Origin: a virus
Taxonomy: Duplodnaviria; Caudoviricetes
Virus record (IMG/VR): IMGVR_UViG_3300006893_000011
Span: 1 to 51,079 of that record
Strand: one strand, 5' to 3'
DNA length: 51,079 nucleotides
A program made the translations under genes and the position numbers. The notes below the pieces were generated by a model that saw nothing but the letters and a program-made list of their open reading frames with translations, was not told where the DNA came from and ran no database searches. This document shows positions 18,290 to 27,627 of the stretch, one piece after another. Position 1 is the stretch's first letter; each line of letters opens with the position of its first letter.

Positions 18290-18761
18290 TGCGACTTCCT
18301 GTGTGGTAGGTTTTGTAACGAGCGAGATTTTTCTCGCCTTCTTCCAGATACGCCTCGATCGAATAGCCGGCCTTGATCAGTTCGGCCATTGCCCGATCGA
18401 AATAGACCTTGAAGTCACCCTGCGTCATTCTTCCGAAGGCGATAGAACCCGGAAGGACGATTACCTCATTGCTGCCAAGCACCTTCACCTTGCGGCTATA
18501 GCCAAGCGCAATCTTGAGCGCGTCGTGCAGGTCTTCGGCGCGGCCGTACTTGTTCTCGCTGTTCTCGACGCAGAAATGCAGGACCACCCAGTATAATTGG
18601 AGTTGCGGTAGCGAGCGCCGCTGCATCACCTTGATCTCGACATCAGAGTCGATCGCAAACTGTGATAACATCTCCTCGACCCATGGCGTATTGTGGACGA
18701 AGCCGCCCAATACACGCTTCATCGGGAAGGCCGGAATTTCAGGATTGCTCTTGCTGCTCAT
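18213..18761 (-). CDS. DUF1367/NinB-like recombination-associated protein
   Basis: RRSLPQLQLYW...LK..LG...PGSIAFGRMTQGDF..YF. Confidence 0.65.
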   Translation of the reverse strand: MSSKSNPEIPAFPMKRVLGGFVHNTPWVEEMLSQFAIDSDVEIKVMQRRSLPQLQLYWVVLHFCVENSENKYGRAEDLHDALKIALGYSRKVKVLGSNEVIVLPGSIAFGRMTQGDFKVYFDRAMAELIKAGYSIEAYLEEGEKNLARYKTYHTGSRNGSSKATQSRNHSSEGKWSERKKTA

Positions 18762-19225
18762 TTTTCCAAAGTACGCGAGTGTGCGATTGTGTTTAGCGAA
18801 TACGTGACGATCGCCATCGTGTCTTTGCTGATGTGATTTTCGATCCACCTCCGCATTCGCGCGTAGCGGGTCTTTGGCGTCTCTGTGCTGTAGAAAAAGT
18901 CGTCATCGTTCGTAAAAACGATCTCTCGTGCAAGCGCCTCTGCGATACCGAATGTGCTGGCCACCTTCTCGGTATCCTCCGGATCGATTCCGCTCATATC
19001 GACGCCGCGCGCCTTTCCTACGGAACCGATTGCGCATACAGCGCCGTTGGATTCGAGTTCTCCGGCAATGAGTTTCTTTTCCGGCAGCGCGTCGAGCGCC
19101 GCCAGCATTTCCTTGAGGAAAGATTGGCCTCGTCTGCCGCGGATGGCGCTTGCGACGGCGCCTCGGTATAGCCATACCGAGTTGTCATCCCAATCGCAGA
19201 CTTCGCTGTAACCAGATCGGCTCAT
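18758..19225 (-). CDS. conserved phage hypothetical protein
   Basis: MSRSGYS...RGAVASAIRGRRGQSFL...VCAIG...FGIAEALAREIV, recalled as a recurring phage family. Confidence 0.7.
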   Translation of the reverse strand: MSRSGYSEVCDWDDNSVWLYRGAVASAIRGRRGQSFLKEMLAALDALPEKKLIAGELESNGAVCAIGSVGKARGVDMSGIDPEDTEKVASTFGIAEALAREIVFTNDDDFFYSTETPKTRYARMRRWIENHISKDTMAIVTYSLNTIAHSRTLEK

Positions 19226-19351
19226 GCTATTCTTTCCTTCAGTAGACCAAATATGCGTATATTTCGTACCCGCTGATCCCCGCCGACATGGCGATGAAAC
19301 CGATGATTACAATTCCGCCGATGAACGTGCCGGTGCGCACCAGTAAGTTGC

Positions 19352-19984
19352 TCATGCCGCCACACGATATTCTTGTTCCAACTCCTTGACTGCTGCGGTT
19401 ACCTCGTCGAGGAAGATCGGCACCTCGCGTTCCAGTTCGTCGATCAATTCTTTGTCGCGCTGAATACGCTTGACCCACAGGCGCATTTCGCCCGGCATGT
19501 GCGGATGATAGGAAACGAAATCAGACCAATCGCGCTCGGTACATGCAAGCTCCCACTGAACTTGCTTATAGTAGCCGCCGTCGATTTTTTTCGAGCGGAG
19601 CGCGGCGATGTGCGTCGCTGCCTTTGGACACTTGAATTGTACCGTGCCACGCGGCTCGACCAGACCATCGGGACTGCACCCGGACATCGCGATCCGGGGA
19701 TGCGGGACGAATCCAACGAGGGTGACGTTGCCGTACATTAACTCATAGCCAGCACGCGCCTCTGGCTCGTAAGTATTGCCCCATATCATGTCCGCCGACT
19801 TGAAGCCTTCTATCGGCGTTTGCGTTAAGCGCTCGATGACAAGGTCGGCCGCATAGTTGGCGCGTGACGCTCCCCATCCTGATTTAATCTTGGCGACGAC
19901 GTCGGCGATACGCGATCCAGTCGCTTTGCCAAGGCGAAAAAGTCTCCAGGCTTCCGAGCCTTGTTCCAGCTCAAGCGAATTCAT
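19352..19984 (-). CDS. YqaJ/lambda-exonuclease family alkaline exonuclease
   Basis: EQGSEAW...RLGKATGS, WG..YEPEAR, GCSPDGLV, QFKCP, Y..QVQ. Confidence 0.9.
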   Translation of the reverse strand: MNSLELEQGSEAWRLFRLGKATGSRIADVVAKIKSGWGASRANYAADLVIERLTQTPIEGFKSADMIWGNTYEPEARAGYELMYGNVTLVGFVPHPRIAMSGCSPDGLVEPRGTVQFKCPKAATHIAALRSKKIDGGYYKQVQWELACTERDWSDFVSYHPHMPGEMRLWVKRIQRDKELIDELEREVPIFLDEVTAAVKELEQEYRVAA

Positions 19985-20492
19985 GATAAAGTTCCCTTCG
20001 CTTGGAGAGGTAAACTTCGCGAGCTTCATGAGGTGTATGGTAGGTGCCGAGATCGATTGTGGTTTTGTGGAACGCTATTCGCGCCCGGAAACGTCCGCTA
20101 TCTTCCATCCTCACGCCCATTGGGAGCGGTGATTGTTTGGCGCGGGTTTTGTGATTCCAAGCATTTTGGATGACAGTAGCTTCGCGCAGATTGCCAATAC
20201 TGTCGTTAAGTGAATTGCCGTCCTCATGATCAAGTAAATGAGACGGCCATCTTCCATTATCCCAAAGAAAGATCAGCCAACCGCGCTTGAATACGCGACC
20301 ATTTCTCTTGATACCGTGATAATTTTTCCCGGCCCTACCCTTGCGAACGGAGCCGGCGCTTTTATTGAGCAACCCAGCATGGTTAGATGGAGGGTTCCTC
20401 CAATAAAGAATCCCCTGCTCCGGATACACATCGAAACATTCTCGCATCCATGCTAATATTCCCGCTGGATCGATATCGCGGGTATCGGTCAT
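19971..20492 (-). CDS. HNH endonuclease with AP2-like domain
   Basis: LDHEDGNSLNDSIGNLREAT..QN, then GV...FRARI...LGTY....A; inserted between erf and the exonuclease. Confidence 0.85.
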   Translation of the reverse strand: MTDTRDIDPAGILAWMRECFDVYPEQGILYWRNPPSNHAGLLNKSAGSVRKGRAGKNYHGIKRNGRVFKRGWLIFLWDNGRWPSHLLDHEDGNSLNDSIGNLREATVIQNAWNHKTRAKQSPLPMGVRMEDSGRFRARIAFHKTTIDLGTYHTPHEAREVYLSKRRELYHEFA

Positions 20493-21328
20493 TGCTTGAC
20501 CTCAGTCGCCTTCTCGGCTTCCTTGGCTGCAACGTCGCGTTCAGCCTTGAGTTGCTTCTTCTTCTCCAGCATGGCCTTGGCCGAAGCGAACTGCTTGACC
20601 GGGATATCCTCGACACATTCGACCTTGCCGTAGGCCAGGAACTTGTCGAGGTCGGTGTCGGATTCTTCCAACAGCGTGTAGATTTCCTTGGCCTGCGTAT
20701 CGGTAATAGTGCTCGTGCCTTGCGCTGAACCGCCGGCCGCATTGCCGTCGTCGTCATCCTCGCCAACCGTGACATTGAAAATGCCGCCCAACAACGCGCG
20801 CTTGCCGTAGGTGAAGGCAGATTGCGTTGCGTGCGTCTCCGTCATCACGTCGTTGCCTTTGGGGCCTTTAGTGACGATTGGAACGTCGTATTTGTAGGTA
20901 CGCTTGTGGCCTCCGTCCTGGGTGACATAGGCATAGACCCGCAAGTAGGCGGTACCCTTCGGTGACACGTCGGTGTCATAAGAAATGCCGAAGCCGTGTT
21001 CGGTGTAGATGCCGCGGATATCGCCATCCAGCCTGGCGTAGCTGGCGTACTTCGATCGCGTCTGCGCGTTGGCCTTGTCGAAGATGACCTTCTTCATTTT
21101 GCGCTCGGCTAAGGCGATAGCCGAGTCGAACGCCCTCTCCTCCTCGCGCGCCATCTCTTTCTCGCGATACGCCATCAGACGGTCGAGCTTGTCCATATCA
21201 ACGGACGGATCGCGGATGGCGCGATCAATCATCGAGATCATCGTTGCGCCAGGCGATTGCTGCGGGACCAGAGACGACGGCCCAGCAACGGCGATTTCTC
21301 GCGGCTGTGCCGCGGCGGCTTCAGACAT
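20489..21328 (-). CDS. erf: ERF family ssDNA annealing protein
   Basis: SKYASY, HATQSAFTYGKR..L..IF and EDDDDGNAA; paired with the YqaJ exonuclease. Confidence 0.85.
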   Translation of the reverse strand: MSEAAAAQPREIAVAGPSSLVPQQSPGATMISMIDRAIRDPSVDMDKLDRLMAYREKEMAREEERAFDSAIALAERKMKKVIFDKANAQTRSKYASYARLDGDIRGIYTEHGFGISYDTDVSPKGTAYLRVYAYVTQDGGHKRTYKYDVPIVTKGPKGNDVMTETHATQSAFTYGKRALLGGIFNVTVGEDDDDGNAAGGSAQGTSTITDTQAKEIYTLLEESDTDLDKFLAYGKVECVEDIPVKQFASAKAMLEKKKQLKAERDVAAKEAEKATEVKQ

Positions 21329-21356
21329 AAAGTGGCTCCGTCAGGTTGTTGCTTCT

Positions 21357-21385
21357 TGTTTATCCGCTTATACCCGCAATGTCAA
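21357..21385 (-). promoter_or_regulatory. leftward early promoter with direct-repeat operator
   Basis: Minus strand TTGACA-17-TAAACA; GCGGGTA-TAA-GCGGATA occupies the spacer (21361-21377). Confidence 0.7.
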
Positions 21386-21401
21386 GCAGATTTTGCGCAA
21401 T

Positions 21402-21442
21402 AAATAACGCCGACCCCCCTTTGCCGGGGGTCGGCGTTATTT
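21402..21442. terminator. bidirectional hairpin terminator
   Basis: 17-bp perfect stem AAATAACGCCGACCCCC/GGGGGTCGGCGTTATTT. Confidence 0.8.
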
Positions 21443-21464
21443 GGCAAATAAAAAGTGAGGAGCT

Positions 21465-21878
21465 TTATTTCTCGTCGGGAAGCGAACGGCTGTTTACATC
21501 ATGGGGCGCCTGCTGTTGGTCGTCGGCGGCATTGTTCGCAGCCATAAAAAAAGCCGCTGCGGCGGCTCGTCGTGGCGTGCGTCTGCGATGTCGTATATGC
21601 ATGTAGGTAGCTGGGTTAAACGCCTGCGGCAAATCCGTGCGATTTTCCAGAACTACGCTGGTCGGCACATCGGCGGCCGGTAGAAAGATGCAATTGCGCC
21701 AGAACCGCAACTCATGGAAATAAGCATCCATCTGCACCATGAGATCGCCGGTCTCGGAGTCAACGAAGATCACCTCGCCGTGCTGATCCTTGGGGACAAT
21801 AGCCTCAAGGACCGGCACGACGATTTCGCGGATCGTAACGACACGGTCCATGTGACGATACGGAGATTTAGCGGGCAT
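21465..21878 (-). CDS. hypothetical protein downstream of the repressor
   Basis: GAGG RBS and CCTACCAC directly abutting the ATG; followed by the terminator. Confidence 0.6.
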   Translation of the reverse strand: MPAKSPYRHMDRVVTIREIVVPVLEAIVPKDQHGEVIFVDSETGDLMVQMDAYFHELRFWRNCIFLPAADVPTSVVLENRTDLPQAFNPATYMHIRHRRRTPRRAAAAAFFMAANNAADDQQQAPHDVNSRSLPDEK

Positions 21879-22014
21879 GTGGTAGGGTTTCCTCGCGGTT
21901 TATTGTGACCGCGAGTACACACCAGCATTAATGGAACTCCTAGGGAAATATCCACATGTGACTGTCCGCCGCAGGTTAAATGCGGAACTATTTTCAGTAA
22001 ATGCGAAACTATTT

Positions 22015-22641
22015 TCAGGTGTGGGGATTTTTTTCATCCGGCTTCTCGATGATCCTGCGCGCGGCGATGGTCTTTGCTAATTCCCGTTTTATTTCCGCTA
22101 TTTTTTCCTTGTGGACCGTTATCTGTTCTTTGTGGGATTCGATTGATTGTTGCAATTCGGTTTGCTGCCGACGCAGAAAATCTGCGGCTGAGCCAACTTC
22201 ATCCTTTCGTTCGCCTGCTGGTTCTGCGGTCTTATCCTTGCGGATATCGCGCGAGACTTTGACCATGCGACCGGCTCGCTGGCCGGGCATGGGTTTCTTG
22301 TTGTTAGGCATCCAAACGTGAGTCGGCTCGTCGAATAATTCCTCATCGCCCTTACCATAAGTGAGCCAATAGAAGTTGGTTTTCAGGGCAACCGCCAAGC
22401 CATGCAGCGAGCGCCCGGAAAATCCATCCTGCTTGCCCATGCGGAGTTGCTTACGGGCGGAGCGGATCAGATCGGGCGAGGCGCCAGCGGCTTGGCTAGC
22501 GGCACGATCGGATAGGCCAAGGATTGCGCGGCGCCGATCAACTCGCGCCAAAATCGCCGTTAAATCCTGTCCCTCCGGTTTATCTGTAGACAACATTTTT
22601 TCTCGTTTGTCCTTTCTATCATTTGATTTTCGTCGCTTCAC
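22015..22641 (-). CDS. XRE-type HTH repressor (CI-like, no S24 peptidase, C-terminal coiled coil)
   Basis: GLSDRAASQAAG...LHGLAVALKTNFYWLTYG; lies at the divergence point of the early operons. Confidence 0.75.
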   Translation of the reverse strand: MKRRKSNDRKDKREKMLSTDKPEGQDLTAILARVDRRRAILGLSDRAASQAAGASPDLIRSARKQLRMGKQDGFSGRSLHGLAVALKTNFYWLTYGKGDEELFDEPTHVWMPNNKKPMPGQRAGRMVKVSRDIRKDKTAEPAGERKDEVGSAADFLRRQQTELQQSIESHKEQITVHKEKIAEIKRELAKTIAARRIIEKPDEKNPHT

Positions 22642-22661
22642 TTTCCCCCTCCTGTTTGCTT

Positions 22662-22729
22662 GGTCTACTTTCGTACCAAAAAAAAGTCAAGTCCCTCATG
22701 CTTGACATGCGGGTAATAGCGGATACTAT
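22662..22729. promoter_or_regulatory. divergent promoter pair (immunity switch) with operator
   Basis: Plus strand TTGACA(22702)-16-TACTAT overlapped by GCGGGTA-ATA-GCGGATA (22709-22725); minus strand TTGACT(22690)-17-TAGACC. Confidence 0.7.
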
Positions 22730-22756
22730 CCCAGTAGATGTTCACGTAAGGTTCTC

Positions 22757-23107
22757 ATGATGACCGACGCGACCGATGGCGCGAAAGCTCTGATGAAATC
22801 ATTTGTCGAGCGCATTGAAAGACTTAACGAAGAAACAAAAGTGCTCGCCGACGATAAACGTGACGTCTACGCAGAAGCTAAATCCATGGGGTTCCATGTC
22901 AAGGCCCTAAAGGAAGTTATCAAACGTCGCGGTAAAAATCCGAATGAGGTCGCCGAGGAAGACGTGATGGTCGACACTTATCTGCACGCACTAGGGATGG
23001 ATACCGGCACAATAGCGCGGGTGCGCTCCGGTTCGCTTGATGAAATTCTACACGGCACCAACGACTTCCCCTCCGACATGATCAATATCGAAGAGGATGC
23101 GGCATAA
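22757..23107 (+). CDS. gapR: GapR/DUF2312 (UPF0335) nucleoid-associated protein homologue
   Basis: LMKSFVERIERLNEE...D..DVYAEAKSMGF..KALKEVI..R...DTYLHALGM. Confidence 0.9.
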   Translation: MMTDATDGAKALMKSFVERIERLNEETKVLADDKRDVYAEAKSMGFHVKALKEVIKRRGKNPNEVAEEDVMVDTYLHALGMDTGTIARVRSGSLDEILHGTNDFPSDMINIEEDAA

Positions 23108-23157
23108 GACCGTACCATTTTAGACCTAAAATAAAGGCAAAAAAGAGGCCTTACCAC

Positions 23158-23802
23158 ATGAGTGACGTATCTTGCGCCCCGGTCAGCGACCGAGGCTATG
23201 GCGGAGCCCTGTCCGCCAATAACCCATCCTCTCCATGGTATTTCCCGAGGCGCGTTATCGGGCTCACTGGCTTGGCCGGCTCCGGCAAAAGCGCAGTAGC
23301 GCGCTACCTGGTCGAGCAGCACGGCTTTACCCGCGGCAAGTTTGCCGGCGCGCTCAAGGAAATGCTGCGCGCGTATTTGCGCTACCGGGGCGCCGACGAG
23401 TCGACCATCGAGCGGATGATGGAAGGCGACCTGAAAGAACGGCCGACGTCACTCCTCAACGATCGTTCGCCGCGTCGCGCCATGCTGACACTCGGCACAG
23501 AATGGGGTCGCGACCTGATCCATCCCGACATCTGGGTCGATACCGAGATGGATGCGCGGGCCGACGATCCGCGTGTCGTCTTCGACGATGTTCGCTTCCC
23601 GAACGAGCACGCCGCCATCCTCCGTGTCGGCGGAATAATCGTCAACATCATCCGTCCCGGTCACAACGCTATCGCCATCGCGCATGAGTCCGAATCCTAT
23701 GAGTTCGAGTACGACGTTCACCTGATCAATGACGGATCACTTGGCGATTTATTCAGACGCATAGACCACAGAATCGTCCTCGACGGCAAGGCTAAACGAT
23801 GA
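23158..23802 (+). CDS. deoxynucleoside monophosphate kinase (T4 gp1-like)
   Basis: IGLTGLAGSGKS P-loop, FAGALK, SPR..M.TLGTEWGR, DDVRFPNE, HESE. Confidence 0.9.
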   Translation: MSDVSCAPVSDRGYGGALSANNPSSPWYFPRRVIGLTGLAGSGKSAVARYLVEQHGFTRGKFAGALKEMLRAYLRYRGADESTIERMMEGDLKERPTSLLNDRSPRRAMLTLGTEWGRDLIHPDIWVDTEMDARADDPRVVFDDVRFPNEHAAILRVGGIIVNIIRPGHNAIAIAHESESYEFEYDVHLINDGSLGDLFRRIDHRIVLDGKAKR

Positions 23803-24593
23803 TCGGCGTTTGGCATCTATACGCAATTCGGTTGCCAGTGAACGATTACGCCGTGATCGCCGAGCTTAATACAAAATCTGGCGGTTACAACCGTAATGAC
23901 GGCGGACATGGTTGCCGTGATCCATTGCCGAGTACACGCGCAAAAATGTCTGCCGCTCAAAAAGGCAAGACGCTGTCCACCAAAACACGCGCAAAAATAT
24001 CGGCGGCAAACAAAGGTAAAACGCAGTCCACTGAAACGCGAGCAAAATTATCAGCAGCGCTGAGTGGGGAAGGTAACCCATGGTTTGGCAAAAAGCTACC
24101 AACCGAACATCGTGCGGTGTTATTAGCAGCAAATACAGGCAAAATTCAGTCCGCTAAAACGAGGGAGAAAATATCGAAAGCGCACGCAGGAAAAACACTG
24201 TCTGTTGCGCACCGCGCAAAGTTATCGGCAGTAAATGTAGGCAAGACGCCATCCGCCAAAACGCGGGCGAAAATGTCAGCGGCGTTGAGCGGTGAGCGCA
24301 ATCCAAATTTTGGTAAGACGCTGTCTGCTGAGCATCTCGCAAAAATATCGGCGGCATTACGCGGTGAACGTAATCCAAACTTTGGTAAGCCGAAATCTGC
24401 TGAAACAATAGCAAAGTTATCGGCAGCAAAGATAGGTAAGAAATTTTCTGCTGAGCATCGTGCGAAACTATCGACTGCGAAGCGCGGTAAGCCATGGTCG
24501 CCGGCGCGTCGTCAGAGCTTCCTATCATCCCCCGTCGCACCCAGCCTCGTCATGCAGACGGCGGTGCCGCGCGTCACAGGTCGAGCGGCATGA
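23799..24593 (+). CDS. NUMOD3-repeat DNA-binding protein (GIY-YIG endonuclease derivative lacking most of the catalytic domain)
   Basis: About 10 repeats of GKT.S.E(T/H)RAK(L/I/M)S.A and GE.NP.FGK; only 38 aa precede them, ending GYN..DGG. Confidence 0.8.
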   Translation: MIGVWHLYAIRLPVNDYAVIAELNTKSGGYNRNDGGHGCRDPLPSTRAKMSAAQKGKTLSTKTRAKISAANKGKTQSTETRAKLSAALSGEGNPWFGKKLPTEHRAVLLAANTGKIQSAKTREKISKAHAGKTLSVAHRAKLSAVNVGKTPSAKTRAKMSAALSGERNPNFGKTLSAEHLAKISAALRGERNPNFGKPKSAETIAKLSAAKIGKKFSAEHRAKLSTAKRGKPWSPARRQSFLSSPVAPSLVMQTAVPRVTGRAA

Positions 24594-24832
24594 CTAAGCT
24601 CGAAAAATCCTTTTGGGGCGATCCAAAGTACGAGCCGCGCGACAAGGACGTCGCCCGCTTCCTCAGCGTCATCCGCGATCTGACGGAAGACCAGAGCGAC
24701 AAGAAGGCTTTGGGGACCGCCACGAGCGCCCTGCAAGCCATCGTTGCCTTCATCGCCGAGCGCTTCGGTCTGAAAGAGGTCATGGCGCTGCTCGACCGGT
24801 TAAGAGCGGAAGTGACGGGGCAGACGCAATGA
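24590..24832 (+). CDS. phage hypothetical protein
   Basis: ATGA-coupled. Confidence 0.6.
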   Translation: MTKLEKSFWGDPKYEPRDKDVARFLSVIRDLTEDQSDKKALGTATSALQAIVAFIAERFGLKEVMALLDRLRAEVTGQTQ

Positions 24833-25230
24833 CCAGTTACATTCGCGAGGACGACGGGGCTCTCATGGTCGAGGTATCTCCGGGATGCTTTGTCGCACAA
24901 AGCAGACCAGAAACACTTGGAGCAAAGAAGCGAAAGCCGAGGAGTGACGGAGACAAAAATCATGACCACCTCTGGTTCATCTTTGCTGAAGCGAGCGTCC
25001 CGCTTAATGCAGAAGACGCGTCGGTAATCTTTCAGAAGAAGAAAAACACAGATTACGAGAAAGACAACATAGCTCCGATCATAACAGCATGGAAGAAGCT
25101 TGGCGTTCTTAAATACCTCGGCCGCCTTCCGACGCTTCATGGTCGCCCGGCAAGCGCATTCATTCTTTCTGACAATGCCCTCGAACTGTTTGTGGAGCGT
25201 TACGGTCGCAATCCAATGGTGACGAGATGA
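24829..25230 (+). CDS. phage hypothetical protein
   Basis: ATGA-coupled. Confidence 0.6.
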   Translation: MTSYIREDDGALMVEVSPGCFVAQSRPETLGAKKRKPRSDGDKNHDHLWFIFAEASVPLNAEDASVIFQKKKNTDYEKDNIAPIITAWKKLGVLKYLGRLPTLHGRPASAFILSDNALELFVERYGRNPMVTR

Positions 25231-26303
25231 GTCTCGTTACCGCAGGACAACGTCTCCCGGTTTCTAAGGACCTCGGCTTCCGCGGCCAGGTGTCACGCGT
25301 AGGATGGGAGTTGCCATCCGACTTATCCGAAACGGAATGGCTAGAGGCTGGCGCAATTCTCGGCCGCGTCGAGCACAGCGTATCGTGGTGGCTTGGTGAC
25401 TGGTGGGCGTTTGGCGAGGCACGCTTCGGCGAGCGCAAAGCAATCGTCGAGACAGAGGATTGGGGTGGCCCTTCCTATCAAGCTTGTGTTGATGCTGGAA
25501 ACGTATCCAAAAAGTTCCAAACTAAGCGACGTCGCTTACTTTTGAGTTTTAATCACCATCGCGAGGTAGCAGGACGCCCACCAGATGAAGCTGATCGTCT
25601 TCTCAATTGGGCTGAGGAGACAATAAGCGAAACTGGCAAGCCGCGCACCATCGCTGCACTGCGCAAGGAAGTTCGAGCTTCCATGCGCGCTGCGAAGAAG
25701 CTGGCTTACATAGATCGCATCGAGGCGACCAAACCGAAACCGCTCGAAGGCACATATCGCATCCTCTATATCGATCCGCCATGGAAATATCACGGCCTCA
25801 ATCAGGCCGATGAATATGGCCATGCCGAGGCTCATTATGATTGTCTCGACGATCAACAACTCATTGAGTTTAAGCCAGGAGGTGAGCGTCCGATCAAGGA
25901 CCTCGCTGATGATGACTCCATCCTATTCTTGTGGGTGACGGCCCCTTTGCTGGAGCGCTGCTTTCCGATCCTCCAGGCATGGGGATTTGAATATAAGACC
26001 AACTTCATATGGGACAAGATCGATCATGTGATGGGCTTCTACAGCTCTGTTCGTCACGAGCATTTGTTGGTCGCTACAAGGGGCTCCTGCACGCCGGACA
26101 TCAAGAAGTTGTTCGATTCCGTACAGTCGATCAAGCGAACAGAACATAGTCGCAAGCCGCCAGAGTTCTACGACATCATCGAAACGCTCTACGACCACGG
26201 GCGCAAGCTGGAGATATTTGCGCGCGTCAAGCGCGACGGCTGGGATTCGGTAGGTAACGAGGTCTACGAAGTAAAAGAAAGTGCTGCGTTATGCATGGTG
26301 TAA
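25227..26303 (+). CDS. MT-A70 family N6-adenine methyltransferase fused to an LmbU-like N-terminal domain
   Basis: N-terminal W.LGDW..FGE...SYQ...RR..LSFNHHREVA; C-terminal DPPW, LFLWVT, AWGFEYKT.FIWDK, HEHLLV, HSRKP, LEIFAR. Confidence 0.9.
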   Translation: MSLVTAGQRLPVSKDLGFRGQVSRVGWELPSDLSETEWLEAGAILGRVEHSVSWWLGDWWAFGEARFGERKAIVETEDWGGPSYQACVDAGNVSKKFQTKRRRLLLSFNHHREVAGRPPDEADRLLNWAEETISETGKPRTIAALRKEVRASMRAAKKLAYIDRIEATKPKPLEGTYRILYIDPPWKYHGLNQADEYGHAEAHYDCLDDQQLIEFKPGGERPIKDLADDDSILFLWVTAPLLERCFPILQAWGFEYKTNFIWDKIDHVMGFYSSVRHEHLLVATRGSCTPDIKKLFDSVQSIKRTEHSRKPPEFYDIIETLYDHGRKLEIFARVKRDGWDSVGNEVYEVKESAALCMV

Positions 26304-27022
26304 TAACAAGAAAAATAACAATTCAGAAGGCCTTTGCTGCTGGCAAGCTGAAGTATCAGGACGTAAATGTCTTGCAGCCGTTTACGACCGCGATCGTCGA
26401 CCCATACTGGCCGTACACGGTCGCTCCGGGAATGAAGAACGTAGCAGACATTCAAGATGCCGATCAAAAGGGAAGACTGTCTGGTTTCACGCGCAATCGT
26501 GACGGAAATAATCAATACAAACAAGAAACACCGCTCACGGTCGAAGAGATTGGCAAGCTTCCGATTGGCGAGGTCGTCGGCGGATATGTGTTTCTTTGGA
26601 CGGTAGGTCCGTTCTTAATAAACGGCAGCGCCAAGGACATTCTGGATAACTGGGGATTCACGCCAGCATCGATCCTTACATGGGCAAAGTACGACTTGGA
26701 AAATGCGCATGGTTACGGCGGCGTTGGCTACTGGCTTCTCGGCAACGCCGAATTCTGCATTATCGCTAAGCGCAAAGATGGCGAGCGCAAAGAAAACAAC
26801 TATCCATCTATCCGTACCGGCAGGTCTTCCCTATTCGTCGAGCCGAAGACTAAACATTCCTCAAAGCCAAGTAACGTTCATCGGCTCTGTGAGGAAAGAT
26901 TTCCTGGTCCTTATCTCGAAGTCTTTGGTCGCGAGCGCAGAGATGGATGGACGGTGCTTGGCAATGAAGCTCCTGATGACGGCAAAGACATACGCGAAAG
27001 CTTGCGTGGTCTCATCCCATGA
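26291..27022 (+). CDS. second MT-A70 family protein (variant DPYW motif)
   Basis: IVDPYW, VFLWT, WGF, TWAK, GVGYWLLGNAEFCII, HSSKP, YLEVFGR...GWTVLGNE. Confidence 0.85.
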   Translation: MHGVITRKITIQKAFAAGKLKYQDVNVLQPFTTAIVDPYWPYTVAPGMKNVADIQDADQKGRLSGFTRNRDGNNQYKQETPLTVEEIGKLPIGEVVGGYVFLWTVGPFLINGSAKDILDNWGFTPASILTWAKYDLENAHGYGGVGYWLLGNAEFCIIAKRKDGERKENNYPSIRTGRSSLFVEPKTKHSSKPSNVHRLCEERFPGPYLEVFGRERRDGWTVLGNEAPDDGKDIRESLRGLIP

Positions 27023-27573
27023 TCGATGGAAAGGCTCTCGCCAAAGCGATTATCAATAAGTTTGAGTGTCGAGATAGTCGAGACCAGATTCATGTGCCGC
27101 ACGGCATATTCACTCTGGCCGCCTCACGATATGCCCATGTCTGCTTTGATCGTCATCCGAATATCGGCAGAAAGTGCTGGTTCGGTCGCTTAGACGATCT
27201 TCAGATTTACATTCTTGTGGAGCAAATAAAACCAAAGATCGGCAGCCTGCCTGGCTCTGAAATAAGAAACACCGGATCGGGCTACGGAATTGATCCAATC
27301 AGGTCTCCGTTGAAAAGTTTCGGGATCGATCCATTCAACATAGACTTGGAAGAAACAGACACCGCTGCCGTTGGGATAGTGAAAAGATGGCTTGAACACC
27401 ATGGTTATAATTACCGACACGCAACGGTCGAGGAGCAGAAAACCGGGATCGATCTTATGCCGATAAAGGAAGACGGCGAAACTTGGGAAGTGAAATCAAG
27501 ATTTTCCCCATCTGCGCGATATGGCGAAATATTCGTTCAGTTAGGCGAAACCAATCCAAACGGACTGCACTGA
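27019..27573 (+). CDS. putative PD-(D/E)XK nuclease-like protein
   Basis: EQKTGIDL...WEVKSR...IFVQL resembles restriction-endonuclease-fold cores. Confidence 0.5.
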   Translation: MIDGKALAKAIINKFECRDSRDQIHVPHGIFTLAASRYAHVCFDRHPNIGRKCWFGRLDDLQIYILVEQIKPKIGSLPGSEIRNTGSGYGIDPIRSPLKSFGIDPFNIDLEETDTAAVGIVKRWLEHHGYNYRHATVEEQKTGIDLMPIKEDGETWEVKSRFSPSARYGEIFVQLGETNPNGLH

Positions 27574-27627
27574 TATGATCATCCTCGGTTTCGATCCAAT
27601 AATTCAAACACAAATGGAGAATTCAAA

